From positions 18,282 to 82,281 of IMG/VR virus record IMGVR_UViG_3300045988_104111: 64,000 bases of DNA; one strand, given 5' to 3'. The position numbers and the translations under genes are program-made. Of the stretch, positions 34,483-42,836 are shown piece after piece (positions within the stretch are counted from its first letter, which is position 1; every line of letters starts with the position of its first letter). The notes under the pieces were generated by a model. It searched no databases and was not told where the DNA came from. It was given only the letters and a program-made list of their open reading frames with translations. The DNA is from a virus.

Positions 34483-35517
34483 ATGCCAAGCAAACCAAAA
34501 TACTTACCATCCAATGAAAATAATAAACTAATTGACGCCCTTATCAAAATAGAAGGGCGCGAATTAAAATATCCAGAGCTATGCAAGGCGCTCGATATTC
34601 CAACTAAATCTGGCAACACTAAGATATCTCAACTAGATAAAGTTCGGAATTATTGTCAACTAGATACTCTAGAACATCCAACCCGTTATATTGTACAAGA
34701 GGTCTATCCTGAAGCAGATGCGCTTATCAATGAATTAGACAAAGACTCATATCAAGCCGCATTTGAAGCTGCCCTTTATCAAATCTTTCTCAAGACAAAT
34801 TGCGCCACTATATATGCGTCAACCAGCAATCTGCTCAGAATGTTCCAGGAGGTCAATGATAATTTCAGCTACACATATAGCCAAGCTGTAGAAAATTCAG
34901 AGCATTATGGCTATATGAGTTTGGTCAATGGCGTTGTATATAATATCCTAGCACAATGGACTAGGCGTAAATTGCTGACCATGAAGAACCGTTATGTCAT
35001 TGACTTGAATAGAGGTTATCGGCTCTATAAGCAACGGTACAATCCAAAGGGAAAAGAAACATGGCTCGAAACATACGATGTGCCAGAAGATAGCCCAGAT
35101 CATCAAACCTGCCTATCCATCTATTCAAAAGCCGTTAATGATATTATGCCGCCAAATTGGGGCAAAGTCATAGACAATAGGGTCTACAAGCCATATGTGT
35201 CCACAGAGACATATAAAGCATTTGATGCGAGACTTGCTCAATTAACCCAAGAGACATTTGGTGGAGAATATATCAAAGTTAAAGAGGTCTATATCATTAA
35301 ACCAGCAACAAAGGAATGGATAGCTAATAGGCTATTAGATGTCTATGAGCATTATCCCAGCTTTGAGAAAATCAATAAAGAGGCGTGTGCTAAGATTATT
35401 CAAACCAGCCAGCTTAGTTGTATCACAGGCAAACAGCGGCGCGAATTTGTTGACATCAATATGAACAATAAGCAGAGCGACAAGCTCAAGGATTTAATAA
35501 AAAATGAGAATGGCTGA
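34483..35517 (+). CDS. Hypothetical protein (lone plus-strand gene inside the leftward arm)
   Basis: ATG at 34483 is preceded by AGGAAGGAAGaaaat. 344 aa. No motif recognised. Confidence 0.6.
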   Translation: MPSKPKYLPSNENNKLIDALIKIEGRELKYPELCKALDIPTKSGNTKISQLDKVRNYCQLDTLEHPTRYIVQEVYPEADALINELDKDSYQAAFEAALYQIFLKTNCATIYASTSNLLRMFQEVNDNFSYTYSQAVENSEHYGYMSLVNGVVYNILAQWTRRKLLTMKNRYVIDLNRGYRLYKQRYNPKGKETWLETYDVPEDSPDHQTCLSIYSKAVNDIMPPNWGKVIDNRVYKPYVSTETYKAFDARLAQLTQETFGGEYIKVKEVYIIKPATKEWIANRLLDVYEHYPSFEKINKEACAKIIQTSQLSCITGKQRREFVDINMNNKQSDKLKDLIKNENG

Positions 35518-35540
35518 AATTTGCCATTCTCATTTTATTT
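35504..35540. terminator. Bidirectional rho-independent terminator
   Basis: 11-bp stem ATGAGAATGGC / GCCATTCTCAT (35504-35514 / 35523-35533), flanked by A-run and T-run. Lies between convergent genes. Confidence 0.7.
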
Positions 35541-35557
35541 ATCACAGTTTTCCAGCA

Positions 35558-35758
35558 TCAATTAGCCGCATTATCAATCCTCCTATTCCATGCTTTCGTA
35601 ACGGACTCTATCGCCGTTTCTTCTTCGTCATAAGTTATGGTGGACATAGAACACAAACATTGATTGTATTGTATTGATGCTTCATACCCTTTTCTTACTC
35701 TGTACGATTCAAGAAATGCTTCTCTCCCGCAAAACGGGCACTGTTTCAATTCAGCCAT
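35558..35758 (-). CDS. lar: Lar-family restriction alleviation protein
   Basis: LKQCPFCG...C.C zinc ribbon and KAWNRR near the C-terminus, in 66 aa. Confidence 0.65.
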   Translation of the reverse strand: MAELKQCPFCGREAFLESYRVRKGYEASIQYNQCLCSMSTITYDEEETAIESVTKAWNRRIDNAAN

Positions 35759-35760
35759 TT

Positions 35761-35982
35761 TTAATCAATCCTTCCTTTTGGTGACTTTGGCAACAGCATC
35801 CAAAATAATACCTTCGCTTTATGTCCTTGTGCCACCTCTCCGCCCCAATTTCCGTTATACTGGAATCCTATGCCATATGTCTGATACATACAGTTGTATT
35901 GACCATATCTATAATATTCATACCAACACAACACATCTTCGCCATCTGGTGGCAATTCAGCCTTAACATCAATCCATTGCAT
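35761..35982 (-). CDS. DUF551-like phage protein
   Basis: MQWIDVKAELPPDGEDVLCW is the typical DUF551 opening. Confidence 0.55.
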   Translation of the reverse strand: MQWIDVKAELPPDGEDVLCWYEYYRYGQYNCMYQTYGIGFQYNGNWGGEVAQGHKAKVLFWMLLPKSPKGRID

Positions 35983-35986
35983 CTAA

Positions 35987-36202
35987 TCAATCTTTCCTCT
36001 TATACGGCATTAAATCGTTTGGATGCTTCTTTGCAAATTCCATAAAAATAACGCCTCTGCAATTAACATTCCCATAATCATCCAGATTATCCTCATCCCA
36101 CATGGGGCATCCTTCACAACCTGATGGCATATCTAAATAACCATCACACAGAGCGGACATAGCAAAATTGATAGCTTCTTTTACAAGTTCAATCTTTTCC
36201 AT
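35987..36202 (-). CDS. Hypothetical protein
   Basis: ORF track. Confidence 0.5.
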   Translation of the reverse strand: MEKIELVKEAINFAMSALCDGYLDMPSGCEGCPMWDEDNLDDYGNVNCRGVIFMEFAKKHPNDLMPYKRKD

Positions 36203-36619
36203 TTAATCAATCCTTTCTTCAGCAATTCCATCAGCCGTACTATAGCAAATATGCTTAATTCCCAATTCTTTTATATATTTCATACAAGCAGGACATGGAC
36301 GCGCCATTGCTTTATTACCATTTGCATATTCACGATATACATATAGCGTCGATTTGCTAAAATCAATATCCAGATATTTTACTTTGCTCAATGCCCTAAT
36401 TTCAGCATGAAGCGAATTTACAACGCCGCTCTGATTTGGATCAAATTCACGCTCTGCATTAAGCCGTTTCTGCAATGGGCTTGTTTTGGTGCTGTTGCAT
36501 CCTGTAGCAAGCAATATACCCTTATAGTACAGAGCTGCGCCAAGATGGTATCTAGGAAATTTAGATTCTTTGCTTGCTTTACAAGCCGATTCAATGCCGC
36601 GCTTAGTTCTCTGGTTCAT
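36203..36619 (-). CDS. Deoxycytidylate (dCMP) deaminase
   Basis: Zinc-binding HAEIRAL and PCPACMKYI (HAE...PCxxC). 138 aa. Confidence 0.8.
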   Translation of the reverse strand: MNQRTKRGIESACKASKESKFPRYHLGAALYYKGILLATGCNSTKTSPLQKRLNAEREFDPNQSGVVNSLHAEIRALSKVKYLDIDFSKSTLYVYREYANGNKAMARPCPACMKYIKELGIKHICYSTADGIAEERID

Positions 36620-36794
36620 AATCTTTACTCAAATATTTATGACATTTACAGATAATCTCAATGGCTCTTTCTGCTGGAAAGAAATTAGTAGAATTATCGT
36701 CAAAAATACCATACTTCACAAAATCTGCTTTCTCATCTGTTTCAACTTTCTTAAATGCCTCAACTGCATCATCAAGGTTGATATAAATAGCCAT
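36603..36794 (-). CDS. Hypothetical protein
   Basis: ORF track. Confidence 0.45.
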   Translation of the reverse strand: MAIYINLDDAVEAFKKVETDEKADFVKYGIFDDNSTNFFPAERAIEIICKCHKYLSKDYEPEN

Positions 36795-37333
36795 TATTCG
36801 TCCACCTCATATTCCAATTCAATCAATGTCATAATAGCATAATTAGCCATATCAAGCAATGTGTCCTCGATCTTCTCATCTTTAACCTGAGCATCATGTG
36901 ATACAGCAAGCGACATGAGCCGATTCATCTTATCACTAAGACGGGTCACAGCACTGATAATCCCTAGTTTTTTGTATGTGTCACCAAATGAATCACCATA
37001 GTCATGATTCTTTGCTTTATATACCTGATTGAGCTTCTTGCAGATTGCACAATGCCGCGCCACCTTTGGTTCAATATGTAACTTAATGTCGTCAGGCTCT
37101 TTGTCACAGCATTCAGCTTCAGCATTTTCACAAGCTGCTGGATCAAGCTCTTTATACCAACCATAGATTTTATCAAGCATCTTATCGTCCATTTCATTAA
37201 ATGCACAAGCATATTTATTTGTAAATTCATCTGTTTCTTTATCGTACATATTTTTTAATTCACATTTATCACAAGTATCACCACAATGGTCACAATACCA
37301 TTCAAGTGTTGCCACTTTTTCATCTCTTGTCAT
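36794..37333 (-). CDS. DUF1599 / nucleotide-modification-associated domain 1 protein with N-terminal Cys cluster
   Basis: KAKNHDYGDSFGDTYKKLGIISAVTRLSDKMNRL matches the DUF1599 core as I recall it. Confidence 0.5.
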   Translation of the reverse strand: MTRDEKVATLEWYCDHCGDTCDKCELKNMYDKETDEFTNKYACAFNEMDDKMLDKIYGWYKELDPAACENAEAECCDKEPDDIKLHIEPKVARHCAICKKLNQVYKAKNHDYGDSFGDTYKKLGIISAVTRLSDKMNRLMSLAVSHDAQVKDEKIEDTLLDMANYAIMTLIELEYEVDE

Positions 37334-37335
37334 GT

Positions 37336-38691
37336 TTATTCATCCTCCTCATTTTCATCACAATCTTCATCTACAAAATGAACATCTACATGAAATTCAT
37401 TACGCAGTACATCAATAGCTTCTTTGGGGCTTACATAGAAAAATTCCTTATGTTTGTTTTCCTTATTGACTCGCTTATCGTCAAAATAATCATGGACGCG
37501 CGTCTCAAGGTCAAATACGTCATCATCAAACACAAGTCCATAGCAAACGAATGGGAACGGTACTGATGCCGACGATAATTCGGAAATTCTACGCAAGGGC
37601 TGGAGACGACGTGTTACTCCCAGCTTGCAGCAATTTGGCATAGCAGGAGTTGCCGTGATATACAAATATCCAGCTTTTGCATTGTTGACACGATAATCAA
37701 TATCTGCAATACGCTTATCAATAGCTCTTAGCGTTGCTTCAAATTTAGCGCGTTCTTCAGCGTTGAGCGTCCTTCGCAGAGATTGTTCATACATACGACG
37801 TTCCTTTTGAAGCTCTGCTTTTTCGCGTTCAGCCTCAGCGAGTAACTGTTCTTGTTCTCTTAATCTGCGTTTTTCTTCACGGATTCGCGCCTTTTCTTCT
37901 TTCTGCTTGACCTTGATAGCTAAGTTGATATCTAGCATATCAAGTCGCGCTTTTACATATTCAGCATTAAGCGCTAATCCAACTTTATTTGCTTTAGACT
38001 GATAAGAATTAAATTTATTCTTAATCAATTCTTTGCTCTTAGCAACATTGTTTGCAGTTACAGATTTTTCTTTGCTGTCAATATATGCGTTGCAACTGTA
38101 AATCAATCCGCGCCCATATACATCTTGCATTTCTTTGCCACGTCTATCTGATCCATCGAGTCTATATCCTTGCTCAATGCGATATAAGCCAGCATTAACA
38201 GCGGATTTAATTTTACTTTGTAACTCATAGCGTCGATGCTCAAGTTCATCCAATGAATCTTGATAATATGGGATATTATAATCTTGCATTTCTTCAATCA
38301 TATGGATTTGACCATTTAGAGCATCAAGGACAGCTTGAGCTTCATTCACAGCAATTTCAACGCAATCAGCCTTATTCTGGCTGGATGTAGTTAGCTCATC
38401 TAATTCCTTAATTTTTTCTTGCATTGCTTTTTGCTTGGCTTCAAGCAGGGCAATATTTTCTTTGATTACCGCTTTTTTCTTATTCAGTTTGAAAATCTCG
38501 AACACGTCTAGCCGCCTCCTTACCAAAATCTTGTCTATGTGCTTATCAAAATCCAATGGATTATTGCTCTTTGCTAAAATCTGCTTGGTGCTGGTATTAT
38601 ATAGCTCGAATTGCCCATTTCCGCAATCGTTGATAATCCAGCCAGTATTACCATATTGTACCGTGGGGTTAATTTTCTTTGTTCTTGGCAT
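37336..38691 (-). CDS. T5orf172 (GIY-YIG-like) domain protein with long coiled-coil N-terminus (DUF4041-like)
   Basis: C-terminal GYLYITATPAMPNCCKLGVTRRLQPLRRISELSSASVPFPF...LETRVHDYF...KEFFYV. The central part is rich in heptad-like EK/RL repeats. Confidence 0.6.
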   Translation of the reverse strand: MPRTKKINPTVQYGNTGWIINDCGNGQFELYNTSTKQILAKSNNPLDFDKHIDKILVRRRLDVFEIFKLNKKKAVIKENIALLEAKQKAMQEKIKELDELTTSSQNKADCVEIAVNEAQAVLDALNGQIHMIEEMQDYNIPYYQDSLDELEHRRYELQSKIKSAVNAGLYRIEQGYRLDGSDRRGKEMQDVYGRGLIYSCNAYIDSKEKSVTANNVAKSKELIKNKFNSYQSKANKVGLALNAEYVKARLDMLDINLAIKVKQKEEKARIREEKRRLREQEQLLAEAEREKAELQKERRMYEQSLRRTLNAEERAKFEATLRAIDKRIADIDYRVNNAKAGYLYITATPAMPNCCKLGVTRRLQPLRRISELSSASVPFPFVCYGLVFDDDVFDLETRVHDYFDDKRVNKENKHKEFFYVSPKEAIDVLRNEFHVDVHFVDEDCDENEEDE

Positions 38692-38712
38692 TTATTTTCA
38701 CCTCATGTTGTA

Positions 38713-38741
38713 ATTATATCACATCAATTTGCATTTGTCAA
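38713..38741 (-). promoter_or_regulatory. Sigma70-type promoter (TTGACA-17-TATAAT, extended TG), proximal leftward promoter
   Basis: Minus strand reads cTTGACAaatgcaaattgatgTGaTATAAT. Confidence 0.7.
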
Positions 38742-38772
38742 GCATAATTTTTGACAAATTGATTTTTCACAT

Positions 38773-38820
38773 CAATTTAACTATTATCTATGAATTTATG
38801 AATAGATAATAGTTAAATTG
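38773..38820. repeat. 18-bp perfect inverted repeat with 12-nt spacer in the control region
   Basis: CAATTTAACTATTATCTA (38773-38790) and TAGATAATAGTTAAATTG (38803-38820). Confidence 0.8.
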
Positions 38821-38909
38821 TAATTATATATTATTATACTAGATATTATAGCATATAAATATTACAGTATTATGAACTATATGTTAATAAATTATGAATA
38901 TATTTATAC

Positions 38910-38938
38910 TTGACAAATACTGTAATATATGATATAAT
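38910..38938 (+). promoter_or_regulatory. Sigma70-type promoter (TTGACA-17-TATAAT, extended TG), distal rightward promoter
   Basis: cTTGACAaatactgtaatataTGaTATAAT. Confidence 0.65.
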
Positions 38939-38957
38939 ATATATAATAATATAAGAG

Positions 38958-38986
38958 ATTATATCACATCAATCAATTTTTGTCAA
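38958..38986 (-). promoter_or_regulatory. Sigma70-type promoter (TTGACA-17-TATAAT, extended TG), distal leftward promoter
   Basis: Minus strand reads cTTGACAaaaattgattgatgTGaTATAAT. Faces the plus promoter at 38910-38938. Confidence 0.65.
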
Positions 38987-39001
38987 GTATAAATTTTAGT
39001 A

Positions 39002-39030
39002 TTGACAAATAATCAATTATATGATATAAT
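39002..39030 (+). promoter_or_regulatory. Sigma70-type promoter (TTGACA-17-TATAAT, extended TG), proximal rightward promoter
   Basis: aTTGACAaataatcaattataTGaTATAAT, followed by AAGGAGG at 39044-39050. Confidence 0.7.
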
Positions 39031-39059
39031 AGCATTAAGCTCAAGGAGGTGGTAGGAAA

Positions 39060-39203
39060 TTGTGGAGCGAAATGAGCTATAACTGGTATATATCGGAAGA
39101 TACAGAACCAGAAGTATGGGATGATGAATATGAGCCAACTGAGCGTGATTGGGCGCTTTGGATATATGGTAGTTCAGAGAATGAATTAGAGGTGATTTAT
39201 TAA
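39060..39203 (+). CDS. 47-aa acidic Trp-rich peptide preceding the RNA polymerase gene
   Basis: TTG at 39060 lies 9 nt after AAGGAGG. Translation WSEMSYNWYISEDTEPEVWDDEYEPTERDWALWIYGSSENELEVIY. The stop directly abuts GTG 39204. Confidence 0.45.
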   Translation: MWSEMSYNWYISEDTEPEVWDDEYEPTERDWALWIYGSSENELEVIY

Positions 39204-41792
39204 GTGCCATTGACAGAGTTCTGTTATATACCTTCTGTGGCAACAGATGCTTTTTATACACTAAAGGAACAAGCAATACATAATCGGCTTGTCAGACTAT
39301 ACACTTTGAGAATGCGCGAAAAAGACGTTCAGAATCGAAAATGGCGTGTTTCATCAATCAACCGTGTTATCAAAAAGCATAAAGACGAGCTTGTAGCATT
39401 GCTAAAAAAATCGCTTGAAAGTAATATCACTCGAGAACTTAATCCAAATGCAGTAACAGATAAGACGATTATCAATCTGTTTTGCTCTGAGTTGACTCGT
39501 AGCCTTGGCATTAAGACGTTTGAGCGAAGTGACAAAATTATCATTGTCAATGTTTTCTTTTTCGAGGTATTAAATAGCATCATTCATAATGGTTTCAATT
39601 ACAATGGGGAACATTATATTTTCTATTCATGTGGTGCTGGCATGATACGCACAAAGCGATTCATGGCTGTTCGTGAAAAAGATTATTTAGCTGTTGAGCA
39701 AACTCTTATGTGCGGACTGACCATTGATTCAATCAATGCGCTGGGCGGCATGAATGAAAACAAGCTATTGAGTTATAAGAGTCTTATGGCGTCTGCGACC
39801 GACAGAATTGAGAACTTTGATATAGATCGCTGTATTGTAGTTGATGATTTTGAAATGCCGGTTATAGCTGAATCAGATTTTATTGATTATACAGATTACA
39901 GCATTACGCGAAAAACGTCTGAGACGATTATAGCTGAGACGGATGGTTGGGGTATGTGTTGCAAGTCCGGATTCAAGACGCAAATCATCCGAGCACCTTG
40001 GATAAAAGGATTGGTATCTTACTTTGATTTCAGGTCATGGCTTAAAGAATATTGTCCCGCTGACGATTGGACTGTAACCGATATATATGGTAAAGAATGG
40101 AATATTCTTGAGGACGATATTCAGTACATCCTAACGAAGTCAATGTTTAAGCTACACAAGTTCTATCCATCTTGGCTGTGTTACAAGGCTAATTTCAAGA
40201 GCTATGGCTGCTATTTTGGTTGTTGTAAAGTTGAGGAAGATTATATCCCAAAGGCAAGAATCAATTACCAGATGCTTCAATCTTTAAGTGATATGACAGA
40301 CAATGAGATTGAGCGGCTTATTGTCAAGACGGCAGATGAAATTGATAGCGTCGGACGAGATTATCAAACTACCATGAGGCTATTAGGCGCGACCGAATAT
40401 AATCAAACAAAATCAGCCATGCAAGAAGCGTTGACAATATACCCAGAATTATTCAAAGATGCGTATAACAGGGAGTTGCTGAAACAGACAAAGAAAAGTT
40501 TGGTAAAACAAGCAAGAGGCGGTAGATTGAGAATTAACGGCAAATACTTGTTTATATCTCCAGACCCAGTTGCATTTTGTGAGTGGTTATTTAAGGGTGA
40601 GCAATTCCCAACTGGTATACTTGAAAATGGAGAGGTTTACACCAACCAATTCAAAGACGGCGACGAGCTTGATTGTTTGAGAAGCCCACACTTGTATCAA
40701 GAACATGCAGTTAGAATTAACAAGCGAAATGAGCTGACTGATAAATGGCTTGGTGGAACAAAATGTGTGTATTTCAGTTGCCACGATATGATTAGTCGTA
40801 TATTGCAACAGGATTTTGATGGGGATATTTCCTTGGTTGTGAAGGATAGGACGTTGACAACTGTGGCAAAGCGCAACATGCAAGGAATTGTACCGTTATC
40901 GTATGACCTCAAAAAAGCACGTGGGGGCATTATTGATGCTGACAGATTGTATGAGGGTGTGAGTACAGCATATACAGGTGGTTCAATCGGGCCAATTAGT
41001 AACGCAATTAGTAAAGTAAAAAATGCTAATGGCGGTAAAATGACTGATGAGCAAATTAGAGTAATTGCTTGGCTCACAATGAAGAATAATCAAATTATTG
41101 ATTTTGCGAAAACGTTGTGGAAAAGTGAACCGCCAAAAGAAATAGCCGATATTATCAAAAAATACACAAAATCAAAACTACCTAATTTTTTCATTTACGC
41201 AAAAGACAAAGACCCAGATACACAAGTTGAGCCTCCCAACAATTCCACGATGAATCGCATCTCAGCTAAAATTCCTACGTCCCGAATCCGCTACAATAAC
41301 AAGATTGGGAAATTCGACTGGACGATGCTGATAAATAAGTCAGTCGATTATACCACTAGAGAAAATTCGCCAATCATCGAGAGGTATAATTGGTGGATAA
41401 GAAATCAACGTCGATTTGACTATGGTGATGACACGCATATCAATGAGAACGATTTATATAAATATCGCCGCATAGCACAAGATATAGTGGAATATAGCAA
41501 TGAACCACTAGATGTTGTTGTCAATAGTTTGGTTGCTTATTTATATACGGTCAAAAAATCAAGCAATAAGAAAATGCTATGGGCTTGTTTTGGTTGGACG
41601 ATTGTAGATAATTTGAGAATCAATACGGCGCAACTTAATCCAATCTGCCCCATTTGTGGTAAGCGGTTCAAGCCACGTGATGTATGCCAGCATTATTGTT
41701 CTGAAGAATGCTATAAGAAAGCAGATAATCAGCGGCGTATTGAATCGCGTGAAGCACCACCTGTCCGCACGGGGGATATGTTAAAACAATAG
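39204..41792 (+). CDS. YonO-like single-subunit two-barrel RNA polymerase
   Basis: 862 aa. LRSPHLYQEH, then about 40 residues, then QQDFDGDISLVV. This gives a DxDGD metal-binding loop preceded by R-x-P-x-L, as in beta-prime NADFDGD and SPbeta YonO. C-terminal CPICG...CQHYCSEEC zinc ribbon. An HU-like gene follows, as yonN follows yonO in SPbeta. Confidence 0.6.
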   Translation: MPLTEFCYIPSVATDAFYTLKEQAIHNRLVRLYTLRMREKDVQNRKWRVSSINRVIKKHKDELVALLKKSLESNITRELNPNAVTDKTIINLFCSELTRSLGIKTFERSDKIIIVNVFFFEVLNSIIHNGFNYNGEHYIFYSCGAGMIRTKRFMAVREKDYLAVEQTLMCGLTIDSINALGGMNENKLLSYKSLMASATDRIENFDIDRCIVVDDFEMPVIAESDFIDYTDYSITRKTSETIIAETDGWGMCCKSGFKTQIIRAPWIKGLVSYFDFRSWLKEYCPADDWTVTDIYGKEWNILEDDIQYILTKSMFKLHKFYPSWLCYKANFKSYGCYFGCCKVEEDYIPKARINYQMLQSLSDMTDNEIERLIVKTADEIDSVGRDYQTTMRLLGATEYNQTKSAMQEALTIYPELFKDAYNRELLKQTKKSLVKQARGGRLRINGKYLFISPDPVAFCEWLFKGEQFPTGILENGEVYTNQFKDGDELDCLRSPHLYQEHAVRINKRNELTDKWLGGTKCVYFSCHDMISRILQQDFDGDISLVVKDRTLTTVAKRNMQGIVPLSYDLKKARGGIIDADRLYEGVSTAYTGGSIGPISNAISKVKNANGGKMTDEQIRVIAWLTMKNNQIIDFAKTLWKSEPPKEIADIIKKYTKSKLPNFFIYAKDKDPDTQVEPPNNSTMNRISAKIPTSRIRYNNKIGKFDWTMLINKSVDYTTRENSPIIERYNWWIRNQRRFDYGDDTHINENDLYKYRRIAQDIVEYSNEPLDVVVNSLVAYLYTVKKSSNKKMLWACFGWTIVDNLRINTAQLNPICPICGKRFKPRDVCQHYCSEECYKKADNQRRIESREAPPVRTGDMLKQ

Positions 41793-41860
41793 GAAATATA
41801 TAGATAAAACGAACTCACCACAACATATTGTGGTAAACTAATAGGGGAAGGACGATATAA

Positions 41861-42280
41861 TTGCATAAAAATAAATATCCTCGGCTAGGTAAAGCCGATA
41901 TGAGCAAAGAGTTACGACGGCGTACAGGCGTTGATTCTAAAATTATTGAATTAGTATTAAGAAATTATCATGATATTATCCGCGAGACACTACAGCATGG
42001 CGTGGAGTATTCACTACCTGATATTGGTGTTATTACATTCCGCGACCATCCACCTAAACCAGCTGGAGAATATTGGAATGGATTCCAAAAGCGGCGTATG
42101 TACTATCCTGACAGAATGGGATATTATCGGTTAGAGTTCAAGGCTGAGAAGCATATGGCTAGTTATGTAAAAGCTGGCACATTGTATGGTAAAGGTCCAA
42201 CCAAAGAAGAATGGGACGCTTGGGTATTAGAGAATTATCCCGACAATCCTAAATTCATGAAGGAAGAAGAAGATGGCTGA
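41861..42280 (+). CDS. HU/IHF-fold DNA-binding protein (divergent)
   Basis: IIELVLRNYHDIIRETLQHGVEYSLPDIGVITFRDHPPKPAGEYWNGFQKRRMYYPDRMGYYRLEFKA follows the HU helix-helix-arm layout. Confidence 0.55.
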   Translation: MHKNKYPRLGKADMSKELRRRTGVDSKIIELVLRNYHDIIRETLQHGVEYSLPDIGVITFRDHPPKPAGEYWNGFQKRRMYYPDRMGYYRLEFKAEKHMASYVKAGTLYGKGPTKEEWDAWVLENYPDNPKFMKEEEDG

Positions 42281-42836
42281 ATATAACAAGCTGAATCAGG
42301 AATTTTATGCTTATGCGGCTAGTTTACTTGAATCCAAACCAGAGACAGTAAAAAAGTATTGGCAAGCATGTGTTGACACAATTGTGCATATATTGCATTT
42401 TGATGGTAGGTGTCAAATGCCGGGGGTTGGTACGTTTAGATTAAAGCAACATCCTGAACGCAGAGTAATGGCTAAGAATGAAGCTGGTGAACTTGTTGAG
42501 CAAATTAACCCAGCTTGGTTTAGTATAACCTATGACGCAAATGACGCATTTATAAACAATGTAAATGGTAAAGGTGTAACCAAATTATATCGTCAAAGGG
42601 TAAGAAATCGTAAGTTGACACCTAATGACTTAAAGTTAATTACCCAAGCAGAAGTAGAGCGAACAGCCCGAAAGACGCTTGAGCAAATGGCACAAGATCG
42701 TATGGAGCAAGCAAAGCAACAGAGCTACGATGATTTCATCAATGTAATCAATAAGAAAAAAGAAGAATACGAACGGAAAAAGAAGGAAAAGGAACAGAAA
42801 CTGAATGAATCTACAGAAGATACGACAAGCGACTGA
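42273..42836 (+). CDS. HU/IHF-fold DNA-binding protein (divergent) with Lys/Glu-rich tail
   Basis: VKKYWQACVDTIVHILHFDGRCQMPGVGTFRLKQHPERRVMAKNEAGELVEQINPAWFSITYDA. Confidence 0.5.
   Translation: MAEYNKLNQEFYAYAASLLESKPETVKKYWQACVDTIVHILHFDGRCQMPGVGTFRLKQHPERRVMAKNEAGELVEQINPAWFSITYDANDAFINNVNGKGVTKLYRQRVRNRKLTPNDLKLITQAEVERTARKTLEQMAQDRMEQAKQQSYDDFINVINKKKEEYERKKKEKEQKLNESTEDTTSD

Noticed and set aside
38751-38779. Additional rightward promoter from the TTGACA at 38751-38756
   Set aside because: No acceptable -10 hexamer lies at 16-18 nt (AATTTA at best). It may simply be part of the repeated TTGACAAAT word.
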